Source: Callorhinchus milii (lineage: Eukaryota). Taken from it: DNA of 64,000 nucleotides. The notes under the pieces were generated by a model. The model saw only the letters and a program-made list of their open reading frames with translations, was not told the DNA's origin and ran no database searches. Below are positions 51,060 through 63,225 of the stretch, one piece after another. The stretch's first letter is position 1, and every line of letters begins with the position of its first letter. Position numbers and translations under genes: made by a program. The stretch spans positions 38,814,001 to 38,878,000 of the forward strand of contig NW_024704742.1 in NCBI RefSeq assembly GCF_018977255.1, read 5' to 3'.

Positions 51060-51550
51060 ACGTATGTGATTTCCTCCACCCCTGCTCATTCGCTTTGTTC
51101 TGCTAACTCAGGCCTTCTTCATGACTTGCTCTGTCAAAGAGCCGGCACAGACTCGATGGGCCGTATGGCCTCCTTCTGTGCCGTAACATTCTATGAATCT
51201 ATGAAAAAAATGTCCCCTGCCTCCTCCCTCATTGGTGGGTAAGTTTTCATTGACTTGCTCTCTGGAACTCTCTCCATGACTCCCCGCACCTTGCTGTTTC
51301 CCTCTCTGCTTTCAAAACAACAAGTTGCATTTATATAGCTCCCTTCATGAAGGATAATATGTTGGAATGATGTATAATGTGATGGGGTTGGATGCTGTGA
51401 AAGAGAGAAACCATCTGAAAACCTATTCTTTGACTACCTTTGGTCACCCCCGCACAAACCCCTATCTCCGACCCTGCTCGGCTCCCTCTCCACGTATCCT
51501 GAGACATCTCCTACATGAAATGTGGCATTCAAGCAGAAGTTGTTGTTGAG
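51060..51550 (+). mobile_element. Decayed L2 3' region containing an inserted CR1-type 3' tail (about 51140-51203)
   Basis: 'gccggcacagactcgatgggccgtatggcctccttctgtgccgtaacattctatgaatctatga' lies within L2-like 'cgctttgttctgctaactcaggccttcttcatg...ctctggaactctctcc'. Confidence 0.7.
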
Positions 51551-52699
51551 CTTCACTGTCACTGTCTGTATAGCAGCATCAACCAAAATAAATAGTAGCC
51601 CGGGAAAAATGCTGCTCCTTCTCGATTAGTGTTGTTTAAGAATGATTCATGGGCAGCTCATATATCCAGATTATCAGAAACGGCACTGTGTGAGCAAGAG
51701 AAGTCAGTTTGGCTGAAGTCCATGAATATTTGCAAAATTAAGTGTAAATTTATGATCCATGTGCTGCTTTGCTCACAGCCATAGCTACCATTTGCTAAGC
51801 CCGATTTCAGCTTGGGCAGTACTGTATCTCCTGCAGCTGCACTAAACATAGGAAGATGGAATCATAGGCAAAAATTGTCTCAATATTCTTCATCTTGAGA
51901 TCCTTGACTTAAACTGTAATAAAATACCAGATTTTGGAAAAAAATTAAATTCATTCTTCAATTTGGAATCTGGCCTTCATGGATCTTTACGAACAGACTT
52001 CCAATTTAAGACTAAATATAAGAATATTTCACGATTTTGCAATAATCTTCAATTTTCAGGCACTGGTCTTAAGGTTAAGCCAGCTGTTTGCCATCACCTG
52101 TGGGATTTCTGGAACGTAAAACAAATATCTTGAGGTATTTGTATGGGACTTGTTTGCCGCCTCTACTCAGCTCCTTTCAAAAGGTGCCGGCAGGTTGGTA
52201 GTTGCTCAGTTCTGATTTAGCTGGAGGCAGCCACAACAATTGGCGTCACTCTGAGAGCTATTTAATGCACTTCACACAGGCTATGCATTCCACCTGTTGT
52301 CAGACAACAAGCCTGAGGCCTATTGTACCCCCATCCCCCACCAGCCAAATTCCAAGCTAAGCCACCACTAAGGCTAGTGAGCCTGCTCCAGATACAGGCT
52401 ATACGTTATGCTGTGACATGAGTGAAGTATAACCCAGGATTTCTGCAGTTGAAATCATGTGGTGTAATAACACTCCAACTCAAATCAAATGAGTCTTTGA
52501 TGGAAGCCTGCCATTTGCCACAACCCCAGGGACAGCCAAACAAAACAATCCCCACTTGTATATATTTGAATCCTAAAACATACAGTACTTGAAGCACACT
52601 TCAATCTGTTTTCTTCTCATCATATACAAGTGAAGAGTTTGTTTTGTGTTGTTGGTGGGGTCATGCGAAATTGGCTTCCATCATGGATTCGTCTGATTT

Positions 52700-52990
52700 G
52701 AAGCTTGCCAGACAGTGCTCTCTGTGGGAAGCTATGTGATTTCAGCCTGTTAAACTCCAGCAATATTCCAAAACACAGTCTTGGGTCCTCAAGCCTTCCA
52801 CTTGCCAACCTGCACCTAATACTCTCCAGGATTAGGTAAGCAGGGTGCATCCTTCCAGGGAGAAAGTGTACATTCCATTCAAGACAAAGAAAATGCATAG
52901 GTGGCATGTGTATGTGGAGCTCTGTCTGGTTTGGATACTTTTAAGCACGGGTGTCCATATATATTGGTCACCTGGCTGACCAAAAAGAAA
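52700..52990 (+). repeat. Unidentified repeat family X, copy 4
   Basis: 'aagcttgccagacagt...gttaaactccagca...ggattaggtaagcagggtgcatcc...tttggatacttttaagcacgg...cacctggctgaccaaaaagaaaa'. Confidence 0.85.
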
Positions 52991-54497
52991 ATCTGATTTT
53001 AATTACAGTTGCGTTACACCACATGTTGTGAACTGTAGAAATATCGGGATTTACTTCACCATATGTCACAGAATAGTACTGTAGAATATTGCATAAGTTG
53101 AGGATCAGGTGATTGACCAACAGCTCCAGTTTTCCCCTTATTGTTCCCGATAGTTCATGATTAAATCCTACTAATCGACTTTTGTTATCACTGGTGATCA
53201 TGCCACGTGTGTAACTCTGTCCATATGAACACCATAAACGAAAACCGTTTAGACAGACCCATTACTAAGGTGAAACAGAAACATAATGGATCTGTTAAAT
53301 GGGATTTTCCCGTTATAAAGATGTAGTGAAAAGAGTGCTCCTTTTAGCCACCAGTGGATTTAAGACCTTGTACAAAAGGACGTTGTACAAAATAACAGGT
53401 AACATGGAATGATTGCAAGACAGTAATCTGAGGGATACAGTGAGAGTTCAACTTCTTTTGAAGATTGAGACATTATTTGAACCTGTTGATCAGATTACTT
53501 GCTTGAAATGCATTCTACTTCAGCTATCTATTATTCTGGGCACTCTTAAATATTATTTTGATTCAGAGTGGTAAGCACACACTTCAGAATGTGATGGCAG
53601 AAAACTGTCAATATGAAGCTGATGTGGGGAAACAGTTACCAGAAAAATAATCCCAAAGTGTGAAGTTTTAGTTGGCAACTTAATGGAATTAAAATGATAG
53701 AAAATAAGGAAGAAATCACACAAGGTAAGACTGTGAAAAGCTATTTCTCTGAGCTCAAAAGGAAATTACTACTGTCGATAAAACAAATCGCTCCTGTCCC
53801 ATTTTTGTGCCACAGTGTGAAAAGATAGAGTTTTAATATCATTAGAATTGTATTTTATGAAATAAAAGCATTTGCCCTCTGGAGACGGTAAACGGAATTA
53901 AAGGAATAAAGGTGAAAAATCTAGAAGCTGTTTTTTTATTGAATTATTCCTTCTATTTAGTTTGGCTTGTGATCCAGAAATAACAATAATTAGCAGCCTT
54001 AAGGAAGTCCATCTTGAGCAGTACCAGAAGGTTTAAGCACAAGAAGGATTTAACAAGGCAAAGCACCTAGGAACATATTGTAACATTTATGTCGTCACCA
54101 TTTGTTAATGATCACTTTAATGTAGTGGAGTCGACAGTCTCTCTACATGGATCGTCCTACATTATAATCAGAAAACCCTGATGTGAAATTCAAATCGGAA
54201 AACGTTTGTGGCAAAATATTGTATTAAGCTTCCAGTTTCAAATAACGCTCCATTAATGTTCCACAGTAAGGTAGCAGCTGGAAAGCATGTCACGGTATGT
54301 CGTTTAACAAATGTAAACCAATTGATAAAAATAGAAGGAAATCCCGAACCGCATATTGTTACACGTGTTCCTTGAAATTTGTATTTTCTTTAATGCCTGG
54401 ATCATACTGCTGGAAGCAATCCGGCATTGCTTCTAGTAGAGTCATTCAGAGTGGTAAATAGGATTTATAATCAGGATTTATACTCCCAACTGTCAAT

Positions 54498-54672
54498 TCA
54501 TAGAATCATAGAATTATACAGCACAGAAGGAGGCCATTGAAAAGAGCTACCCAAATCAATCCCACTCCCCCCAGCTTTCCCCATAGCTCTACAAACTTGT
54601 CCTCCCCAAATAATTATCTACTCCTCTCTTAAAAGTTGTTATCGAACCGGCTTCCACCACCCTTTCAGGCAA
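54498..54672 (-). mobile_element. CR1 3' tail
   Basis: 'tcatagaatcatagaattatacagcacagaaggaggccatt...cttccaccaccctttcaggca'. Confidence 0.8.
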
Positions 54673-57114
54673 TTGCTGGGGCTTGAGTTCACTGAATGTG
54701 CAACCAGCACATGCACTTCTAATTCATATCAGTTTTTTTAATGTTAACTTTTTACTACATTAAAAATAGTTCTTTATAAAAACTGCACTTCAGAGGTCTT
54801 TTGGATTCACATTGTTAGCAACTATTTTGCAGTAGTGAGAGCTAATGTCCTGCTGAAACCACTTAGTCAATAGGGTCTGAGTGACTTGGCATCGTCACAC
54901 TTTACTTCATGATTGCACAGCCTTTACCTAATTTCACTGTTTTTGTTTGCCGATGATGAACGCAATACTTTCAAGCGGTTCAAGCACCATTTATACTGCC
55001 ATTTTACTAATGAGTTCCTAATTTGGCCATTGATCATAATTGACCCTTCTTCAGAATATAGTAATAATAAATAATAACAACCCTTGCATTTGGTATAACG
55101 TCTTTCACATCGTGAGGATGTTGCAAACTGCTTCATAGGATTCACTGTAAAGTGCAGTGACTGTGTATTTTGTAGGCGAACGTAATACATAGTACACAGT
55201 AATACATAGTGTAAAACATAGTAATATTTTGTGTGTTACTACATTGACTTTTCATCTGCTGGACCAGAATTGAAGTCCAGCCCAAACAATTGGAATGAAA
55301 GCTTCCTCTGTTGGCTGTATGGGTCTTTACCAAATTAGTTTCTAAATCCAGTGCCTAAATAAAACGCAAAGCTTTGTTTCCATTCCGATTAATGTTCGGC
55401 CCAACAGCTGACTTACTTGCTATGGATTTCCATCACTTTGTTTAAATTTCAGAACCAGATACTGCCTGTATTTATTAAAACAAATCACCACACATGGGCA
55501 AATTAAGTTAAGGGCTGTAATTCGCTCTCACCTGTTTAACACACTTTGAGGTGAAAACATTTGCCAGTTGGGAAATTGGCCAGGGAAATGAACTAGAAAA
55601 GCACTAAAAAAAGCACTTTGAGTGTAAAGTGAGTCTCTTTCTTAAGGCTAAAACCACAAAGAATTTTGGGCTTCAGATTCCCTCCCTTTAGCTCTGTAGT
55701 CAAAGGGCATTAACTGTCTGGCAACTGATTCCTGCAGCACTAATACCTTTTTATATGACCAACCTGGAGTGTGGAGAAATGCCACATGAAAGAGGAGGTA
55801 GTGCCACATTCCGGGGCTTGGGACTTTTACTTTCCTCTCGAGTTGTTTTCAAAAGCCTTCAATCTGACAGGGACGCCGATGATCAGCTGTTGGTCTCTGG
55901 AGTGGTGGCTTCTCTTTCAGCTCTCACTCCGGCACGAACAGCTGATCCGACTCTGAGTCAGATCTTGTGCTGGGTGTGTAGTCAGTAAAATTGCCCATTG
56001 TACAGGGTGTTCACAAAGTCTTGTTACCCCCATGTTTTTTTTCTACAGACCAACAACTGAAATGTGTGGAGGAATGCTGATAACTGTATTTAGAAGTACT
56101 TAATTGTATTCAGTACAAGTGTTTACCTGTATTTTGACGTCCAGTGGATCGGTGTGAGTGCCAACATTTTCATGGCAGATAATGATCTGTCGCCATGTTC
56201 AGGCGACATCTTCCATAACATGGATGGAGTGATGCAGTCCCCCAAAATTATGACTCACTGTTTCCCCCCCACTGATTCTTTGAAAAGCGATACACGCTGA
56301 GAGTGGTAAAACATTTTTTTTACACTTTTTGAGCTTTTTGAAAATAGGGCCCATTGTTTCCAAATCACCTGGGAGGGAGGAAACTCAGTGACTAGAGTTA
56401 AAACACAGAAATCAACTTTAAACTGTTGCTTTGCAGAGACAAATTGATTTCGCCCACAAAATGCACAGTAAATTCACTTTACAGTATATACTGTGAAACG
56501 TTTTGAGACATTTCAGTAATGTGATAAGGTGCTTAAGGTAAGATATCAAATGCAAGGATTATTATTATTTCCTTGTTCTGGATACATCACATTGAAATAT
56601 CTGACCTTTGCCAAGGACATTACTGAATCTAGATTCTGCACCCTCAGAAATCACTCCAAGCAAATGTTCTTTTCTTAGCAATATCGTACTGATTGGGTAA
56701 ATGCTCCTTGCAAATTTATATATTTGACATACTGACCTCCCCCATCCCCATTGAAGAGCTTCTCAATGCCGAGAGGTCTCAATGATGTAAGAAGGTGCTT
56801 TTTCAAATGCAAGAATTATTATTGATTGAAGCTGATTAATTCAATAATAACACAAATTAACATTTCTCACTCTTATTGAATTCATTCACTGCCCATCTGC
56901 ATTGATTCTCCAGCTGTTCAGTGTCTCAACTTAATTAATAATTTCCTGCCTCTTATCTAAGCAAGTTTGACTATACTGTACAATTTGTGTTTTCAAAGGT
57001 GAATTGGGATATGAATCAATGAGATAGTCGTACCCAGTTTTTCATATCCTGTATTGCTATAACGCAACATTATAACACTGCCATTTCTGGCTTTGTCAGC
57101 CCAACAAGCCATGT

Positions 57115-57365
57115 CACAGTGCTATGGAGTATTTGTAGATGAATGGAGAAGCCAATTTTGTGCACAGAAATGCCCCACAAATAGTCTTGAAGTGAGAGCC
57201 CAATTTTATTTGGGGGATTGTTGGCCAGGATAAATACTCTTTTTTCGAATAGGGATCTTTAATATTCACCCAACACTGGAGTGTCAGCCTAGATTGTGAG
57301 TTCAAAGTCTTATAGTGGGTCTTGAATTTATACCTTCTGATTTAGAGGCAAGAGTGCTACCAATT
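57115..57365 (-). mobile_element. DeuSINE, internally deleted
   Basis: 'agccaattttgtgcacag..cccacaaa..gttggccagga..gggatctttaat..cactggagtgtcagcctagatt..ccttctgatttagaggcaagagtgctacc'. Confidence 0.75.
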
Positions 57366-58070
57366 TAATTACCTACCTAATTACCAGAAAATAATTAGGT
57401 TATATCAAGCATTAATCATCTTGTGAGTAAGAGTGGAGGGATGAAGGGGTGGTCTCACCAACTTTAAAACAGGCATTTAGTTCACACTGGCAGATAAGAA
57501 AGTGTCAACTGAGAACCCAGTGACAGATCCCTTATCTGCCTCAGTGGGACTCTCTTATCTGTTTACACTTAGTGTGATTTATCCACCAAGGGTATGGAGC
57601 AGTAGGTTTTAATGGGTTGGGAAGGTCTCCGGGGCAGCAAAAGGATTAAAAAGAAGTCTTCAAGAGTCTGCTCATTTTTTTTGAAAAGACTAAAGTCTGT
57701 ACTTTAGATCCAGCAGCTGCTGGTTAATTTGAGTGCAGCTGTTGGTGTTTGTAGAGATTAAGTGGGTTTTAAAGTAGGCGTCATTGACCAGGACAGTAGC
57801 AATGTAGTTATTTGGGCAGAGGCTGTGGAGGCTTGTATGATGTTTACTGTCTGCTGTCTTCCCCATTGCATCTTCCAATGGGAGATTCTCAGGCGGTTTA
57901 GTAGGCTCAATCTTTGAAACGGAACCTTTGGACACACTATATGGACAAATTCAAAGGGGGTTGGGTGGTCACCCGTGTCCGGGCATTGACAGAGATAGCG
58001 ATGACAGCAGGAATTCCAACGATATGGTAATATCATTGGTGATCAGGTTGCATTTTTGATCCAGTGGTTA

Positions 58071-58437
58071 AATAAATAATTCTTGCATTTGATAAAGCGC
58101 CTTATCACATTTTTGAAACGTCTCAAAGCGCTTCACAGACTATACTGTAAAGTGAATTGACTGTATATTTTGTGGACGAAATGCGGCAGCCAATTGCACA
58201 AAGCAGTGTCCCACAAACCGTTGTGAATTGAGTGACCAAATTATTATTATTTTTGGATGGATTATTACCCCGGAAAGCAATGTGCCAATCAACTAACAAC
58301 CGGGTTCCTACTTACTGCTAGGTAAACAGAGGCATGTGGAGTAAGGAAATTTGCCTAAGGTTTCGCCCCATCTGGGAATTGAACCTGTGTCCTCTCGCTT
58401 GCAAGGCGAGTGCTCTAACTACAATGCTACAGGTTCC
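58071..58437 (-). mobile_element. tRNA-Ala-headed SINE, long subfamily, full length
   Basis: Tail, Deu 3' segment, 'ccgggttcctacttactgctaggtaaacagaggcatgtggagtaaggaaa', head 'ctcgcttgcaaggcgagtgctctaac'. Confidence 0.92.
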
Positions 58438-58888
58438 TATTAACGTAGTCCCCTCCTGTACAATACTAATAATCCTTGCATTTGATATAATGCCCTATCA
58501 CGTTGTCGAGATCTCTCAAAGCACCTTATAGGCTCTTACTATGAAGTGTCGTGACTTCACAGTAAATTCTTCTTTTTGCCGGCGGACATCAGGCACAAGG
58601 AGTGCCTGCTTCTTTTGTGAACAATAAGGCTATCTGCAGTTGTGGCATAAAACTAGTAATGCAGCATTACCAATATAATGTCCACATGTAGACATTCATG
58701 GCCATGATTTAGGAATTTCATTGACTGCAGTGTGAGCAATCCACGTACGTAAAAATCCCCAAAAGTCAATGGAAGCTTACTGTGTCTGTGTCATTGACTT
58801 AATGTATGAGACAACTCTGGGGATTCATACTGTGGATTGAAAGTATTTGGTCTGGCTTCAGACCAATCATGAGTCATCTCTCTTTTGC

Positions 58889-58916
58889 TTTCTCTCTCTC
58901 TCTCTCTCTCTCTCTC
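58889..58916. repeat. (CT)n microsatellite
   Basis: Direct reading. Confidence 0.95.
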
Positions 58917-59191
58917 GGTGGATGTTCTCTGGGTACTACCTCTCCCTGATATCTCAGAGCATATCTTATCCACTGGGAAAAAGAGAACAGAGATGAGTAC
59001 ATACCATTCATAGAGATGAGTATATACCTCACTATAACTTTGTCCATGTATGCATATACATTGAAGGTGTGAGCTACAGATGGCTGTTCTCAGTTGAGGA
59101 GAAGTTATAACTCGTAGGTGAGTGATGCTGAACCAGTGTTAATAACCTTGGTCCTTTTCAAACACCTGAATTGGGGTGGGTGGCGGTGGGC

Positions 59192-59790
59192 ATATGAAGT
59201 GTTTTGACAGGGTAAATAGGGAGAAGTTATTTCTATTGATAGGGGAGTCAGTGACTATTGAACATAGTTGTAAGATAGCCACAAGATCAGCGAAAGGAGA
59301 ACTAAAGAGGAATTGTTTCACCCAGAGAGTTGGTGGGATGTGGAACACTCTGTCGAGTAAAGTGGTGGAGATGAAGTCTGTTGTAGTTTTCAAAACAGGG
59401 ATATGAAAGAGAGAAGCCTGAAGGAGTATGGGGATAAGATGGGAGGTGGGACTGAAGTGATCTACTTGAGTAAACGCTCTGAAATGCCACCTTGCACAGA
59501 GGGTGCTATATAAGTCCAAGTTGTTGTTGTTGTTGCTCCGTGAGCCGGTGCGGATTCAATGGGCCGAATAGCCTCCTTCTGCACTGTAGATTTCTATGTT
59601 TCTATGAATTTAGAAGGTTGTTAGAGTATTGATTCATTATCACAAGTTACTGTTGAGGCTGGAACAATAGATTCGTTCAGAAGGGAACTGGACAAGCACC
59701 TGTAAAGTCAAAACATTAAGGGATATAAGGAAAGTGGGATGAAGAGAAAGAATGATTTTAAGAAAGTATGTATAGCTCCGTGAAAGAACA
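59192..59790 (+). mobile_element. CR1 LINE 3' end (59192-59607) plus a second CR1 fragment (59610-59790)
   Basis: FDRVNREKLF..KRNCFTQRVGGMWNTLSSKVVE..FK; tail 'gggccgaatagcctccttctgcactgtagatttctatgtttctatga'. Confidence 0.88.
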
Positions 59791-61569
59791 TTTGACATTT
59801 GCTATCATGGCATGACATCCTGTCTATAATCATACACTGCTTCTCGACATACCAAGAATACAAGGTCATGGGTTCAGTGAATTGGGCACGGCCCAAATTA
59901 TGTGATATTACTACTGGTAATAATTATCAAATTCAAGGCTGCCATTCCAGTGCACTCCATCTCTCTCTTCCCCCCCAAAAAAAATCTTAAAATAGGTCTA
60001 CTGTCATGATCTCAAGGATACTTTGAGAAATATTTCTTGGTGTCTGTTCTAAAATTGCCCTTGAAGGGCCCTTAAAAGGACAATTTTAGGATAAACATCA
60101 GGAAGTATTTCTTCACACAGAGGATGATCAACAGCTACAATGGGTTACCAGGAGGTATGGTTGAGACCATGACAGTAGACCTATTTAATTAAGAATATTT
60201 TTTGGAGGTGGAGAAATGGAGTCCAATGGAGTCCATACAGTGTCAGCCTTGAATTGGATAATTATCACCAGTAGTTATATCACATAATAATTTTTGCCCC
60301 CACCGCCCAATTACAAACATGCTCTATTGTTGAAAGGAAAGCTATTTAGTCATTTCATTACATTCACTGACCTATTTTGCAGAACCATCTTAGTTGAACT
60401 TAATATGTGAACAACACAGTAGGGAGGCTGATACAGTGGGTGAAAACCCTTGGCGCTTATTGGCTGAGGTTCCTTACTGCCCAGGTTTTCTTGCTGCTCA
60501 GTAGTAATTTCACCACCCAAGTTTCAGATGGATTTAATAAAATGCTTCCAATGCCTTTACTGCTCCTGTGAACACTTTACGCCAGGCAGGTTTTTTTTTG
60601 GCCAGTGGTGTTAGCTCTCGATTTTCCAGTGTGATAACCAAAACAAGTGATGACAGCAACTCAAAACTGCTTGTGACACAGTTTTGGCCAGTATCGATAT
60701 ATATATTTGTATTTTAAACATTTCCAGCCTGGAGAAGCTGTGAGGTTTTCCTTACTTTAGCCAAGATATTTTTTTAAAGTCCCCCCAGCCTCTACTTACC
60801 TGCTGGGCCGGATGTCTATAGTTACCCGTTCAACCAGCAGTATTCCTTTTTTTCCAGTTTTGAAAATACCTGAAAACCACGAGAAGTCACTTTTAATATT
60901 GTACTTTAACATTTACTGTGGAAACCTGGAGCTGGTCGAGAGATCTGCCTTACTTCAGCAGCTGGTAAAGCTTTGTACCACATAACAGAAAATAACTCCA
61001 TTGTCTTTCACTCAGTGCACTAAATAAATAACGTGCTGCATTACAAGTAACTCATTTTTAAATATACTTCTCATTATCAGTGTGAAAAGGAGCATATTTA
61101 AAAACTAAATATAATTAATGCAAATTTACAAATATGAGAGAGCTTAAGATGTAGTAGTGCAGTACCATTTATCTTGTGGAACTATTCGTGTGTTTACTTT
61201 AAGAAAGAATAGGGAGTTGGTTTACCTGGTTTCCTTGGCTAATATCATCCAATATTTAAATTCACCTCAGAAAATAATAATAATCCTTGCACTTGATGAA
61301 GCTTATTGGCTGCCGCGTTTTGCCGACACATATACAGTCAGTTCACTTCGCAGTATATTCTGAGACGTCTAGAAGACATGAAAAGCACTGTATCAAATGC
61401 AGGGATTATTATCATTACTCACCCATTGCTGTTGGGCATTTTTGGTGCTTAATCATTTCAAATTGTTCTCATGTTTGTGAAGTGCTCAGAGCTATGTGAA
61501 AAGTGTAAACGTAATTGTTGATGTGCGCTACTTTACATTATGAGATAAGAAAATTGAAGTGCCAACTAT

Positions 61570-61788
61570 GTGGAATCCGGTAGGTTAGTGGTTAGAGCAC
61601 TCGCCTTACAAGCGAGAGGACTTGGGCTTGATTCTCGGCCAGGACGAAACATTAGGCAAATTTCCTTACTCCACACGCCTCTGTTTACCAAGCAGTAAGC
61701 CAGAACCCGATTGTTAGTTGATTGGCAGATCGCATTTCCGGAGGTAATAATCCTTAAAAAAAGAAAAAATTAAAAAAAGAAAAAAAAG
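61570..61788 (+). mobile_element. tRNA-SINE long subfamily, 3'-truncated
   Basis: 'agtggttagagcactcgccttacaagcgagag...tttccttactccacacgcctctgtttaccaagcagtaag'. Confidence 0.88.
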
Positions 61789-61792
61789 CATG

Positions 61793-62490
61793 ACAACAAC
61801 AACAACAAAATTACATTTATATAGCGCCTTTCATGTCAGGAGGATGGTAATCTGCTAGTTAGCAATTGAAAGGCTGTCCAAGGCGCTGGACAGACAGAGT
61901 TTCGGACCTGAGCTGAGGGTCAGGGTGGGAGAGGGCGGGGGGGAAGCAGAGAGATCGAAAGCATGATCGAAGAGGAGGGTCTTGAGGTGGGTCTTGAAGG
62001 TGGATAGGGAGGGGGCGAGATGGAGGGACTGTGGGATGGAGTTCCAGAGGGTGGGTACAGAGTGGGGGAAGGCCTGCCCGCCGATAGTGGGACGAGCGAG
62101 GCGGGGAACGTGAAACAGGTCAGAGCCCGCTGAGCGGAGGGAACGAACAGGATGGTAGGGTTTAGCAGGTCGGAGGGATAGTGGGGAGCAAGACCATGGA
62201 GGGCTTTGAAGGTGAGGACCAGGATCTTAAACTGTATTCTCTGTGTGATGGGAAGCCAGTGAAATTGGCAAGGATGGGGGTGATAGGGTCGTGGAGCCTG
62301 GTGCGGGAGAGGACATGGGGTGCAGAGTTCTGGATGATCTGCAGCCTGTGGAGGGAGGAGTTGGGGAGGCCAACAAACAGTGAGTTTGTATAGTCGAGCC
62401 TTGATGTAATGAAGGCATGTATGAGGGTTTTGGTGGCCTGCGGTGTGAGACAGTGTCGGAGCCGGCGACGTTGCAGAGGTGGGGGAAGTC
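61793..62490 (-). mobile_element. L2 LINE 3' fragment
   Basis: Antisense match to 12677-13188 ('ggagggctttgaaggtgaggaccaggatctt..gggaagccagtg..tgcagagttctggatgat'); (CAA)n tail at 61793. Confidence 0.92.
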
Positions 62491-62979
62491 AGAGCGGGTC
62501 ATGGGTCATGACACTGAAGGACAGGAGTTATATAATACTAAAATTGTACTCAGACCAAGTTATTGCAAAGGTATCTATGAACCTCTCTCTGCCTGGGATA
62601 AAGAACAATCCTTTCAGATGTGCTAAGACAACTGGAAAGGGCTTCTGGAATCAACCATTGTCAGCAGTGTTAGGGGAATGGGGGGTGGGGGAGTTCGACT
62701 CCAGTATCCCTGGGACTAGTTGATAATTAACACATTGACAGGTCAGTTTAACACCAGTGTGTCAACTAGCGCCATTGGGACGTAAAATGTGTGTCTCCTC
62801 CAGTGAACCCTGTACACATTATGCCAAGCAGCAAAACGTAAGAGCTGTGTTCTTGCAAGTGACATGCATACAGTTCAGTGCAAGAGTTGTAGTTTACATC
62901 TTGAGGCACGTTGTCCCGCAAAGATTAGGGGGGGGGGGGCATTGGATTGTTAGAACTGACATCCATTGGAAGAGACATT

Positions 62980-63225
62980 AAATAAAGGTTAGGTCTGCCT
63001 GTTGAGGTGAACATTAAAGATCTCATGACACTGTTGAAAGGAAACTCCCAATGTTATGCCAACAGCTCTCCAGATAAATTGACCATGGTTTGTGGGTCTC
63101 TACATCAGCTACTGAATTGGCCACTATATGTATCCTCAAGTATAACAGTCACACACAATTATCTCTTGTTAGGCCTCTTGAGACACTTTTATGATATGGG
63201 CACTGTATCAAACGCAATGATGATA
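62980..63225 (+). mobile_element. Degenerate DeuSINE 3' part
   Basis: 'gtctgcctgttgaggtgaacattaaagatctcatgacactgttgaaag...gtttgtgggtctc...gcactgtatcaaacgcaa'. Confidence 0.6.

Noticed and set aside
57690..58036. Overlapping minus-strand ORFs
   Set aside because: No recognisable homology and weak splice signals.
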